The notes beneath the pieces were generated by a model, which did no database searches, was not told the origin of the DNA, and worked only from the letters and a program-made list of their open reading frames with translations. Made by a program: the position numbers and the translations under genes. From NCBI GenBank assembly GCA_965222375.1, contig CBDCTZ010000016.1, positions 1,440,001 through 1,504,000 of the forward strand: 64,000 nt of DNA, in the 5' to 3' direction. This stretch comes from Polyangiaceae bacterium (lineage in GTDB: Bacteria; Myxococcota_A; Polyangia; Polyangiales; Polyangiaceae). Shown piece by piece: positions 38,175-47,753 of this stretch (positions are counted from its first letter, which is position 1; every line of letters starts with the position of its first letter).

Positions 38175-38723
38175 TTGGCGGCAAAGAGGCAAAATCTGGC
38201 GCGCGTCACGGGGGCTTTGGACGTGCCTCGGGGCGCCGATGTGCGACTTCGGGTCAAAGTGCAGACGAACTGGCTGGGGGAGGCAGCCACGGTCGAGTTG
38301 GAGCTACCCCGCAATCTCGAATGTGCAGCGTGCGACGGAGGCGGCTGCGACCGCTGCGAGCGCTCCGGTGCGATCTCCATACGCGGGCGCAAGGAGCCTG
38401 CGGAGCTCTTGCGAGTCACCCTGCCTCGGCGAGAGCCCAACCTGGAGACGACTGGTTCTGGTCGTAGCATCGTGGTCCGCGTGCCAGGGCGAGGCGGCTT
38501 GGCCGAGGACGAGACGCTGCCGCGTGGGATCCTGATGCTCCAGTTAGTGCCGTCAGATTCTGCCGGCCCGGGCGTCCGCCGCATCGAGCCCGAGGCGGCT
38601 CTTCCCGAAGCAGCTCAGCCTGGCCCGGCGCCCGCGGCCCCGAATTGGAGGCTGATCCTGCTCGTCGTTGTCATCCTATGGATATTGCTGCTGATTTGGT
38701 TGCGGCTCAGTGGCAGAGGCTGA
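38175..38723 (+). CDS. DnaJ zinc-finger/C-terminal-like protein lacking a J-domain, C-terminal TM anchor
   Basis: 'CAACDGGGCDRCERSG', 'VRVPGRGG', terminal hydrophobic helix; no HPD motif. Confidence 0.6.
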   Translation: MAAKRQNLARVTGALDVPRGADVRLRVKVQTNWLGEAATVELELPRNLECAACDGGGCDRCERSGAISIRGRKEPAELLRVTLPRREPNLETTGSGRSIVVRVPGRGGLAEDETLPRGILMLQLVPSDSAGPGVRRIEPEAALPEAAQPGPAPAAPNWRLILLVVVILWILLLIWLRLSGRG

Positions 38724-38837
38724 GCTGGCCTCCTGACGCAAGTCGGTTGACGCGGAGCGGCATGGGCCCCTACACAGTCAGGTGAACCCACGCCCGGGCG
38801 CGTTCTACCGAGCCCGGATTTCACCGAAAGGGCAGAC

Positions 38838-41231
38838 ATGAATCCCGTCGCGATGGCCGTGATCATCTTGGGCCTGGTGGGGGCGTTTCTCTGGAGCGCG
38901 AACAACCGCTGGGGCCTACTGACCATCGGTGACAGCACTCACGAGAGCCGATTTGACCGGATCGGTGAGCGGTTGGGTGCGGTCTGGACCTTCGCATTCT
39001 TCCAAAAGAAGATGCGCTACTATTTGGGTGCGGGGCTCGCCCACAATCTGATCTTCTTCGGTTTTGTCGTCCTGCTACTGCGGACGCTGATTCTCTGGGG
39101 CCGCGGCTTCGACCCGACGTTCAATCTCTGGCTTTTCGGCCCCGAGACGTCACTCGGGCAGGGCTACGCCTTTGCCAAGGACATCGTGGCTGTGCTCGTC
39201 GTCTTGGGCGTGAGCGTGTTCGCGTACTACCGGGTGATCAACCCACAAAAGCGCATGAACCTGGGCATCGAGGGCCTCGTCATCCTCGGAATCATCGCCA
39301 CGATGATGATCTCCGACATTCTCTATGACGGCGCGGCGACAGTGCTCAACCAGCGCTTCGCAGCTGAGTGCGCTGGGAAAACCGACGTCTGGTGCACTCG
39401 TGCCGGCGTGGTGATTGCCCCCCTTGGGCCCGCTGCTGCGCAGATCGCCTGGCATCCGTGGCCTGAGCCTGCAGGTTCTTTCGCAGCCACCCTGGTGCAG
39501 GGCGCAAGTATCGAGACCCTGGTCACGATTGCCCATGCTGGCTTCTGGGCCCACGGCACCCTCGTGCTCGTGTTCCTGAACATTCTGCCCTACAGCAAGC
39601 ACTTCCACATCCTCACTGCCGTCCAGAACGTTTTCTTGACGGACCTTACGCCCAAGGGACGTCTCGCGCCGATGGCGAAAGACACCGAGGAGCTGATGGG
39701 CATGGTCGAAAAAGCGATGGAGCGCGAGGACATGAGCATCGCGCGCATCGGCTACGCTCGAATCGAGCATTTCAGCTGGAAAGACGTACTGGACTTCTAC
39801 ACCTGCACCGAGTGCGGTCGCTGTTCGGACAATTGCCCTGCGGCCACCACGGGGAAGATCCTCTCACCAAAATTCTTCACTCTGGACTTGCGCGACCACT
39901 TGTATGCGCGACAGGAAGAGTTTCTCGAGCTAGGGCAGCCACCACGTCTCGATTTGTCTCCCAAGCCGGAAGCCGAAGAGGGTTCGGATGAAGAGAGCAG
40001 TGAGCAGGCCGAAGAAAAGGACGCTGCTGGCGACGAGAGCAAGGACGACCAAGACAGCCCCTCGGCCAAGCCCTACCAGCCCGTAGACCTAGTTCCAAAC
40101 GTCATTCACGAAGACGTGCTCTGGGCCTGCACGACCTGCCGGGCGTGTGAAGAACAGTGCCCGGTCATGATTTCCTACGTTGACAAGATCGTGCAGATGC
40201 GCCGCAACCTCGTCATCATCAAGGGCGAGTTCCCCGGCGAACTGGCAAAGCCCTTCGAGGGCATGGAAGTGAACGGAAACCCCTGGAACCTGTCGCGAAT
40301 GGATCGTGCGAGCTGGACCGAGGGGTTGGAGATCAAGACGCTAGCAGAGAAGCCCGACGCCGAGGTGCTGTATTGGGTGGGCTGCGCGGCAAGCTACGAT
40401 GATCGCGCCAAGAAGGTCGCCCGCGCTACTGCCAGGCTCCTGCAGCAGGCCGGTGTGGACTTCGCGATCTTGGGTGAGGAGGAAACCTGCACCGGGGATT
40501 CTGCGCGGCGGGCCGGGAACGAGTACTTGTTCACGATGTTGGCGGAGACGAACATCGCCACCATAAGCGGGTACCAAGAACAGGGCGGCGCCAAGACTAT
40601 CTTGACCACGTGCCCCCACTGCTTCAACACATTGGCCAACGAGTACCCGGACTTTGGCGCGAAATTCGAGGTCGTGCATCACGCTGACTACCTGATGGGT
40701 CTCGTTGTTGCGGGCAAGCTGAAGCCAAAGAACAGCGTGAAGGCGCGTGTTGCCTACCACGACAGTTGCTATTTGGGGCGCTACAACGAGATTTACGATT
40801 CGCCGCGGGAAATCCTCAAGAGTATTCCCGGCGTCGAGGTCGTGGAGCCCGAGTACTGGACGCGACACAGGGGGCTCTGTTGCGGCGCCGGCGGGGCGCA
40901 GATGTGGATGGAGGAGCAGAACAAAGACCGCGTCAACGTCAAGCGGGTGAAGCAGCTCGTTGAAACCGGCGCCACGACATTTGCCAGTGCGTGTCCGTTC
41001 TGCATGACGATGCTGACGGATGGCATCAAGGATCAGGCCAAGGAAGAAGAAGTCAAGAACCTGGACGTCGTGGAGCTACTCGCCGTGGCGTGCGGTACCG
41101 ACTCGGATTCGGCCGCGGCCGACAACCAGAGTGGTGATGAAGGCGCCGCGGGTGCTGACGCCGATGACGGGGCTGAGGCGCCCGCAGATGCCGAAGAAAG
41201 CCCGAAGGAATCTGAGGCTCCGGTTAGTTGA
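38838..41231 (+). CDS. Membrane Fe-S oxidoreductase (FadF/HdrD-like: TM domain, 2x4Fe-4S, CCG domains)
   Basis: 'CTECGRCSDNCP', 'CTTCRACEEQCP', 'YWVGC', 'TCPHC', 'YHDSCYLGR', 'CCGAGG', 'ACPFC'. Confidence 0.9.
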   Translation: MNPVAMAVIILGLVGAFLWSANNRWGLLTIGDSTHESRFDRIGERLGAVWTFAFFQKKMRYYLGAGLAHNLIFFGFVVLLLRTLILWGRGFDPTFNLWLFGPETSLGQGYAFAKDIVAVLVVLGVSVFAYYRVINPQKRMNLGIEGLVILGIIATMMISDILYDGAATVLNQRFAAECAGKTDVWCTRAGVVIAPLGPAAAQIAWHPWPEPAGSFAATLVQGASIETLVTIAHAGFWAHGTLVLVFLNILPYSKHFHILTAVQNVFLTDLTPKGRLAPMAKDTEELMGMVEKAMEREDMSIARIGYARIEHFSWKDVLDFYTCTECGRCSDNCPAATTGKILSPKFFTLDLRDHLYARQEEFLELGQPPRLDLSPKPEAEEGSDEESSEQAEEKDAAGDESKDDQDSPSAKPYQPVDLVPNVIHEDVLWACTTCRACEEQCPVMISYVDKIVQMRRNLVIIKGEFPGELAKPFEGMEVNGNPWNLSRMDRASWTEGLEIKTLAEKPDAEVLYWVGCAASYDDRAKKVARATARLLQQAGVDFAILGEEETCTGDSARRAGNEYLFTMLAETNIATISGYQEQGGAKTILTTCPHCFNTLANEYPDFGAKFEVVHHADYLMGLVVAGKLKPKNSVKARVAYHDSCYLGRYNEIYDSPREILKSIPGVEVVEPEYWTRHRGLCCGAGGAQMWMEEQNKDRVNVKRVKQLVETGATTFASACPFCMTMLTDGIKDQAKEEEVKNLDVVELLAVACGTDSDSAAADNQSGDEGAAGADADDGAEAPADAEESPKESEAPVS

Positions 41232-41289
41232 AGCCGATCCGATGGCGAGTCAGCTGCCCACGGGGTGGTGACGCGTTATACTCGACGCG

Positions 41290-41550
41290 ATGACGGGCTC
41301 TCGCCCCGGCGCGGTGCCAGAACCTCAGGCGGCAGCTGAATCCAATGCGGATGATACCGCGTTGCTTCGCGAGTTCGACTGCGACGGTTGTGGCGAAAGC
41401 TTTGCTGGGCGGCCCGGCGGAGCAGGGCTCTTCGTTTGGACTCGTGGAGAAGAGATCCGCTATGAGGAGCCTCCTCTATGCGACGGCTGCGCCGAGCGGA
41501 TCGCTCTGGGCGCGGTCCTCAAGTGGAGCGAAGAAGAAGACGGGGGCTAA
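41290..41550 (+). CDS. Small putative zinc-binding protein
   Basis: 'CDGC...EEPPLCDGC'. Confidence 0.65.
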   Translation: MTGSRPGAVPEPQAAAESNADDTALLREFDCDGCGESFAGRPGGAGLFVWTRGEEIRYEEPPLCDGCAERIALGAVLKWSEEEDGG

Positions 41551-41623
41551 AGGCCTCTTCAGGGAGCGACAAAGAGCCACCGACCAAAACACCAAACGAA
41601 GCACGGCGCCAATCGCTGCCAGT

Positions 41624-42415
41624 CTATTGCAGGACTCGATCCTCGACTTCCTTCAGCGGTGGACGTTTCTCCAGGAGCTCGATCGCCGTGGCTCGCAGGG
41701 TTTGAGAGGTATCAGCGCTCTTGAGCACCTCCGTTAGCTCGGTGCGCAGGCATACCGAGAGCAACGGCATTGCGATCCCCGGCGGGGAACCCGGGTTGAG
41801 CATGATCGCGAGTCGCACCCGCGCACGGCTCAGCCAGCGCGGGTGTTTGGCGACTGTCAGGGTGACCTCGAGGCGGGCGGGCCTCCGGGCAACCAGGCGC
41901 ACGACGTCGTCTTCAACGAGTTTCGGGTTCATCAGCAGTTGGCTGATGACCATGGGATGAGGATCCGAGACCAGTTTGTCGAAGGCACGGCGATCCGGGC
42001 GTCGAGCCAGGCTCTTGCGTTCCCCAAGGGTCAACTCCCTTCCGACGCCGTAGTCTGGGATTGGAAGATCCCTGGCTGGCCGATCGACCAGGACTGGGGG
42101 TGGGCCGAGCCGGAGCAATCGCTCTAACGCCAAAAGGCGTCGCCCGGCGGCTTCCTCCCGCAGGCGACGGATGAGTGGCCAATCACTGCGCGACGCGACG
42201 AGCATGGCGACCACCAGGAGCGCCTCCCGAGCGTCCGGATCCGAGCGCTCGTTCTCCTCGCACAACTCATTGAGCAGCAGCGCTGCCTCCGCCGGCGACC
42301 AACGGGACAGTTGCTCCTCCAGCCACCCCAAGCGCAGTGGGATTTCGGCCAGCGAGAGCAAAGTGCGTTTGAGCGGTGACACCCTCAAACAGAGCTTACC
42401 ACGCCGTTTTTTCAT
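41624..42415 (-). CDS. Hypothetical alpha-helical-repeat protein
   Basis: 'LTLGERKSLARR...DPHPMVISQLLMNPKL...RVRLAIMLNP'; start codon uncertain. Confidence 0.7.
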   Translation of the reverse strand: MKKRRGKLCLRVSPLKRTLLSLAEIPLRLGWLEEQLSRWSPAEAALLLNELCEENERSDPDAREALLVVAMLVASRSDWPLIRRLREEAAGRRLLALERLLRLGPPPVLVDRPARDLPIPDYGVGRELTLGERKSLARRPDRRAFDKLVSDPHPMVISQLLMNPKLVEDDVVRLVARRPARLEVTLTVAKHPRWLSRARVRLAIMLNPGSPPGIAMPLLSVCLRTELTEVLKSADTSQTLRATAIELLEKRPPLKEVEDRVLQ

Positions 42416-42451
42416 GGCGAGACCTGCGAGGCCCTCATTGCATGGGACAAA

Positions 42452-45319
42452 TTGGACACACGCGGTAGGCTTGCAGCCTTGGATTTCAGCCCCCTTCTCC
42501 AGCGCCTAGCAGCGGTTTCTCGCGCCAACGTTTCCACGTCGACGCGACAGCTTCTATTTGCGTTGCTCCTGCTGACGGTCTTCGGCGGGGCGCATCTAGC
42601 GCGGATTGGCACACCGGCTACTCGCCTTGGATTTGGGCTCGGGTTGGTGGTGGTGTTTTTGCTCTTCGCTGCCTATGCCTGGCGCGAGCGTCGGGATTGG
42701 AGGCAGACCAAACGCGCTCTATCCCGGGTGGTCTGGGGCACGGACCGGGTCGCGGGAGAGCGCGCCCTCAGGGCACTGTCACTCCTCGCCCGAGCTCAAG
42801 AGGACGATTCGGTCGGCTCTGCGGAACTGGCACGGCTCCACTTCGACCGCAGCCTGGCGAAAATCTCTGTGGAAAGTGTGACGCGGGCGTCCCGTCGCCT
42901 TGGAGCACGCTACCGATGGGCCACCTTTGGCGTAGTCGTGATCGCTCTCGCCGCTCTCGTGGTCGGGCCGCTGCGGGTCATCGAGGGACTGAATGTGTCT
43001 CTCGCCCGCGATGGTCGCGCCCTGGTCCCGATGCCATGGCTCGATGAGGTACGAGTGCGGGCTCAGCCCCCGTCCTATTTGCGCATTCCGGAGCGTTCGG
43101 TACTACCCGGTCTACGCAATCGCTTGCCGGTGGGAACGGTTTTGACAGTTCGCGGTGTGCCGGTCCACGACGGACGCACTCTCGTGTTGACGGATGGTGA
43201 GACCGAGGTGGGCTTCACTGACGACGGTTCTGGGGGTGTTGTGGCGCGTTGGGATCTTGCCGCTAGTGCGGATCTCGTTATCGCTGCGCGCTTCGGAGAG
43301 GTCTTGGTGGAGGACCCAACACCGTTGCAGGTCATCGCCGTTTCCGACGAGGCTCCAATCGTCATCGTGGAAGAGGCGCCCAAGACGATCAAGCTGAGCG
43401 ACGTCAGTCGCGTCGAGATCCGTTATCAGGCGCTGGACGATCACGGCCTGCGCCAAGTGGACTTGGTGATGCGAGCCGGTGGCCGAGAAGAGCGACGTGT
43501 TCTGCTGCGGCTGGATGGAACGAGTACCGTGGAGCGGGGCGGTCACGCGTTGAGCACTCGAGATCCATGGCTCAGGCGGATGTTCCTACCGATCATCGTC
43601 ACCGTCGAAGCCCGTGACGACGACCCGACCTCCAGCAGCAAGTGGGGTAGCAGCGAACCCATTACCTTGTTGCCACCTGCCGTGGGTGCACCGGAAGCGA
43701 GTCGATACCGAGCGCTGCGCGCGGCCCGCAACAAGATCGTGGACCTGCTGGCCTTTCAGATGGAAAAGAAAGGGGACCACAAGCCCAAGGACCGTGCCGC
43801 CAGAGAGCGAAAGCTCACCCAGTCGGCCATCGCTAGCATGAAACAGGCAGTCGAGAGCGTCTATGGGGGGGCGGCGGTGCCCAGCGGGTTGAGCGCCTAC
43901 TTGCTAGGACAGATGCGGATTCTTCGACGCGGGCCACGGGCGGGTGAGTCCGTCACCCGAAAGACCGAGGACGTTTTGCTGGCCGTCGAGGTCGCCCTGT
44001 CGCGCCTCGGGAGCCGAGATGCGACTACCGTTGCCAAACGCCTGAGCGGTGTTGCCGAAGAAGCTGCCGGTGCAGCCAAGCAAGCGCGAGAAACGGAGCA
44101 AAGCAAGCTGGGGTTGGCGCGACTCGACTCCGCGTTGGTTGCCCTCGAGGTCGGGGCCGGCAACTTGTCCGCATTGGGCGCGTTGGGGCGCGACGTGGGG
44201 AGTGTAGCGATCGCGGACTTGGGTCGAATTCGACGCTCGCGCAAGCAGGACGACATGTTCCACGCGGAGCTCGCCGCGAAGCATCTGGCGGCGCGCCTCG
44301 CCCGCCCAAACCCGTCCTTTGGGAGTGCCCGACGCGGCGGAGTGGAGTCTGGCGCTCCGGGCATGCCGGCCCCGAGCAGTGGCGACGTCTCCGGAGCCGA
44401 CAAGCGCTTCGACCAGCTGGCTGGTGAACTCAAGGAGCTGGCTCGGGAGCATGCGCGCGAAATCGAGAGCGTCGAGCAATCGATCAGCAAAGCCGAACAA
44501 GACGTCAGCACGTCGGACCTGGAGGAGGAGGCTCGAAAACGAGCGGCGAGGCTACGTGAGGCCCTGAGTGGGCTTCCTCGTTCCGGTAACGAACCCGGCT
44601 CCGCACGAGCTTCCGCCTCGCTGGGAAGGGAGCACGCGGGCTCCATGGCCCAGTCCCTCGAACGGCTTCGTTTGGCGGAGGCCGTACAGAGCGGAAAAGA
44701 TGCCGTAAGCGCTCTATCCGATGCGGTTCGTCGCGCCAAGAACCCAAAGAGTCCGGCGGATTGGTTGGACGAAGATTCGCTCCGCGAGGCTCGTCAGCAC
44801 ATCGAAGCCGAACTCGCTTGGGCGCAGAAGCAGCTCGACCGTGTTCGTGGGCAGGCCCAGGAGAAGGCTCGCGGTGAGTTGGGCAAGTCTGGAAAGCGTG
44901 AGCAAGAGCTCTCGCGTCGCGCGGGCAACTTGGCCGCCCGGGGAAAGAGTGGCGAAACCGCGTTGCCTTCGGATGCTCTGGATGCTCTTGAACGCGCCGA
45001 GCAGCTGATGCGCGAGGCCGCGCGTGAGCTCGCGGCTGGCAAAGGGGACCGCGCGCTCGAGCTACAACGCCAGGCCCAGCGGTTGCTGGAGCAATCAGAC
45101 CGTGGGCAAACCACTGACCCCGACGACGCTCAGAAAGCGCCGTCGAATCCAAGGGGCAAGGGTTCGCGCGGTATTCGCACTGGCGGAGAGGTGCCGGACA
45201 AGGATGAGGGTCAACGGGCCGAAGAATTCAGGCGTCGTGTCCTTCGGGGGCTCTCCAAGCCAGGGGATCCGCGACTGTCGCCAGCGGTGCGACGTTACGC
45301 GGAGGGGCTCCTACAATGA
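42452..45319 (+). CDS. DUF4175-like membrane protein (TM, Ig-like region, long coiled coil)
   Basis: TM segments; 'QPPSYL', 'YQALDDHGL'; 'AEQLMREAAREL'; terminal 'VRRYAEGLL'. Confidence 0.8.
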   Translation: MDTRGRLAALDFSPLLQRLAAVSRANVSTSTRQLLFALLLLTVFGGAHLARIGTPATRLGFGLGLVVVFLLFAAYAWRERRDWRQTKRALSRVVWGTDRVAGERALRALSLLARAQEDDSVGSAELARLHFDRSLAKISVESVTRASRRLGARYRWATFGVVVIALAALVVGPLRVIEGLNVSLARDGRALVPMPWLDEVRVRAQPPSYLRIPERSVLPGLRNRLPVGTVLTVRGVPVHDGRTLVLTDGETEVGFTDDGSGGVVARWDLAASADLVIAARFGEVLVEDPTPLQVIAVSDEAPIVIVEEAPKTIKLSDVSRVEIRYQALDDHGLRQVDLVMRAGGREERRVLLRLDGTSTVERGGHALSTRDPWLRRMFLPIIVTVEARDDDPTSSSKWGSSEPITLLPPAVGAPEASRYRALRAARNKIVDLLAFQMEKKGDHKPKDRAARERKLTQSAIASMKQAVESVYGGAAVPSGLSAYLLGQMRILRRGPRAGESVTRKTEDVLLAVEVALSRLGSRDATTVAKRLSGVAEEAAGAAKQARETEQSKLGLARLDSALVALEVGAGNLSALGALGRDVGSVAIADLGRIRRSRKQDDMFHAELAAKHLAARLARPNPSFGSARRGGVESGAPGMPAPSSGDVSGADKRFDQLAGELKELAREHAREIESVEQSISKAEQDVSTSDLEEEARKRAARLREALSGLPRSGNEPGSARASASLGREHAGSMAQSLERLRLAEAVQSGKDAVSALSDAVRRAKNPKSPADWLDEDSLREARQHIEAELAWAQKQLDRVRGQAQEKARGELGKSGKREQELSRRAGNLAARGKSGETALPSDALDALERAEQLMREAARELAAGKGDRALELQRQAQRLLEQSDRGQTTDPDDAQKAPSNPRGKGSRGIRTGGEVPDKDEGQRAEEFRRRVLRGLSKPGDPRLSPAVRRYAEGLLQ

Positions 45320-46875
45320 TGCGGCCTGGTTTCGCCTTCTCGGGTCTGCGCGTGTTGTTCACGGCCATCGTAGTGTTGCTCCTGGCGTCTCGATCTGGGC
45401 AGGCAGCTCCGAGCGTCCAGGCAATCGCCAACGCCATCACGGAGCTGGATGTCGAGCGCGCCAAAAAGATGCTCACGGAGGTTACGGTCGAGTCTTCGGG
45501 GCTGTCCTTTGAACGTGCGCGCCTCGCGATCTACCTGGGAGATTGCGATACCGCGGCCGCAATCCTCTCCGCGCCGGCCCTGAGCGGGTCGCCGGAAGGC
45601 CAAGCCTTGGGGGATCTGGCCCGCCGCTGTGCTGGTGCGACTGCCGGGTCCGTAGTGATTCACGACAAGAAAAACGGACTGTGGATCCGGCTGCAAGATG
45701 CCGAGGACAAAGTCCTCGTGCCATTCATTACGCGGTCGGCGGTACAGGCCCGAAAGCGAATCGGCAAAGACCTTGGTGTCAAGCTGCCGCGACCACTGCG
45801 TATAGACTTGGTGCGTGATCTGTTTTCACTTTCTGCCGTATCCGGGTTGCCAGTGGACGCGGCCGAGACCACGGGTACGGTTGCCGTCGCGCGCTGGGGC
45901 CGCGTCACGATGATCAGTCCGCGCGCAACGGTGCTGGGTTACCCTTGGGAAGACACACTTGCGCACGAGATCACGCATCTCATGCTGTCCCGGGCGACTC
46001 GAGATCGTGCTCCCCTGTGGCTGCAGGAGGGCATTGCAAAGCGTGAAGAAACTCGTTGGCGGGACAAGCGACTCTTCGACGATGGATACGATCCCACCGC
46101 GGTTGCCCGAACAGCTCTCTCCGCTGGCCGCTCGGTTGGGATCGACAAGCTGGGCCCCTCCATTGCCATGCTGCCAACGCCCGAGGCGGCGTCTACCGCC
46201 TTCGCCGAGGTCACCAGCTTCATGAACTTTTGGATCAAGATGAATGGTGCGCCGGCGCTGGCCTTGCTTCTCATCGACCTCAAGGGGTTGGGAGATGAGG
46301 ACGCAAGCGCCGCGATGCGTAGCGTCACGGGCTATGACCTGGCCACTTGGAACCGGCGTTGGCAGAAGTACCTCCGGGATCTTCCAGCCCTGCCTCCGGA
46401 CGCCAAGGTCCCTGACGTGCCCAAAGATTTGGCTCGACTCGTCCGGCTGGGGGACCTGGCCTACTCTCGGGGTCACCTCCGGGCGGCCGGGATTCAGCAC
46501 GATCGGGCTGTTGGCCGGCTTCCCATCGAGGCCTCCCTCCGCTTTCGAGCAGCGCGAGCCTGGCACGGCGTCGGACAGCCCTACCAAGCCCGTGAGGGCC
46601 TGGGTACGGCCGGTGATGTGCGAGGCGCCCACGGCGGCTGGCTAGCGCTCCACGGCCGTGGGCTGGCACCAAAGGAGCCGGAAAAGGCGAATTCAGCCTT
46701 TGATGCAGCCCTCGGGCTCGATCCCCTATCTGAGTGGGTGGCCTGCCAGGGCCGGGGCCGGCGGCCGGCGGCACCAGGGCAAAAACCCCGCCCGGCGCCC
46801 CCGAAGCCCGAGGATCCCGCCTGGGAGGCCTTATGTGCGAGCGTACGAAAACCCACTGAGAAATTGACCCTTTAG
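45316..46875 (+). CDS. Exported gluzincin (peptidase MA-like) with TPR-like regions
   Basis: 'TLAHEITHL...PLWLQEGIA'; ATGA overlap with the upstream gene. Confidence 0.8.
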   Translation: MMRPGFAFSGLRVLFTAIVVLLLASRSGQAAPSVQAIANAITELDVERAKKMLTEVTVESSGLSFERARLAIYLGDCDTAAAILSAPALSGSPEGQALGDLARRCAGATAGSVVIHDKKNGLWIRLQDAEDKVLVPFITRSAVQARKRIGKDLGVKLPRPLRIDLVRDLFSLSAVSGLPVDAAETTGTVAVARWGRVTMISPRATVLGYPWEDTLAHEITHLMLSRATRDRAPLWLQEGIAKREETRWRDKRLFDDGYDPTAVARTALSAGRSVGIDKLGPSIAMLPTPEAASTAFAEVTSFMNFWIKMNGAPALALLLIDLKGLGDEDASAAMRSVTGYDLATWNRRWQKYLRDLPALPPDAKVPDVPKDLARLVRLGDLAYSRGHLRAAGIQHDRAVGRLPIEASLRFRAARAWHGVGQPYQAREGLGTAGDVRGAHGGWLALHGRGLAPKEPEKANSAFDAALGLDPLSEWVACQGRGRRPAAPGQKPRPAPPKPEDPAWEALCASVRKPTEKLTL

Positions 46876-46892
46876 GGCCAGCCGCCTACCAT
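46864..46892 (+). promoter_or_regulatory. sigma70-type promoter of psd
   Basis: TTGACC-N17-TACCAT. Confidence 0.6.
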
Positions 46893-46928
46893 CAATCGCC
46901 CGACTTGCGGCCAATTTCGAGACGTCCG

Positions 46929-47753
46929 GTGAGTGTTGCCACCTTCGCTGCCGCTCAGCTTCTACGCGCTTTGCCGCGGGTTCGATTGAGCCACGCTGTG
47001 GGGAAGCTTTGTGATCTGGAGCTTTCGCCGGCCGTCTCTCATACGGTCGAGTCGGTGTATTCGCGGATCTACGATGTCAACCAGGGAGAAGTTGCGCCAC
47101 GGCGGGGGCCCTACGCCAGCTTCGACCAGTTCTTCACCCGGCCCCTGCGGCCCGGCGCGCGACCCATCAGCGAGGACGCCGTTGTCAGCCCCGCGGATGG
47201 TCGCCTGGAGTCCACTGGCCCGATTGAGCCATCCGGGCGGATCTTCGTGAAGGGCAAACCGTACGAGGTGAGCGAACTCGTTGGCAGCGCCCGCGAGGCA
47301 GCTGCCTTTGCGGGTGGTGGCTTCGCGGTCGTCTATCTGTCGCCACGTGACTACCATCGTGTCCACAGCTGCGTTGACGGCAGCATCTCGCTAGTGCGCG
47401 GCATTCCCGGCGATCTGTACCCGGTCAACGCTATCGGGTTGCGGCACATTCCGCGGCTCTTCGTGCGCAACAATCGAGTTGTGATCTACATTGATACGCC
47501 GGGCCTCGGGCGGGTCGCGCTGATCATGGTCGGCGCAGTCATCGTGGGCCGTATCAGTGTTGGCCTGGTACCGGGTCCCTTCGTACCTGCTGGCGACCAT
47601 GTCATCTCGCCGCCGGCCAGCGTCGCTCGAGGCGACGAAGTCGGCAAGTTCCACCTTGGCTCCACCGCAGTGTTACTCGTTGAGCCCGGAATTCAGTTTG
47701 CACGCGACCCCGGGCCCGTCTTGTACGGCCAGTCGCTTCTCAGGGCGGCATGA
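46929..47753 (+). CDS. psd: Phosphatidylserine decarboxylase proenzyme
   Basis: 'FFTRPL', 'SPADG', 'YLSPRDYHRVH', 'FHLGST' autocleavage motif. Confidence 0.95.
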   Translation: MSVATFAAAQLLRALPRVRLSHAVGKLCDLELSPAVSHTVESVYSRIYDVNQGEVAPRRGPYASFDQFFTRPLRPGARPISEDAVVSPADGRLESTGPIEPSGRIFVKGKPYEVSELVGSAREAAAFAGGGFAVVYLSPRDYHRVHSCVDGSISLVRGIPGDLYPVNAIGLRHIPRLFVRNNRVVIYIDTPGLGRVALIMVGAVIVGRISVGLVPGPFVPAGDHVISPPASVARGDEVGKFHLGSTAVLLVEPGIQFARDPGPVLYGQSLLRAA

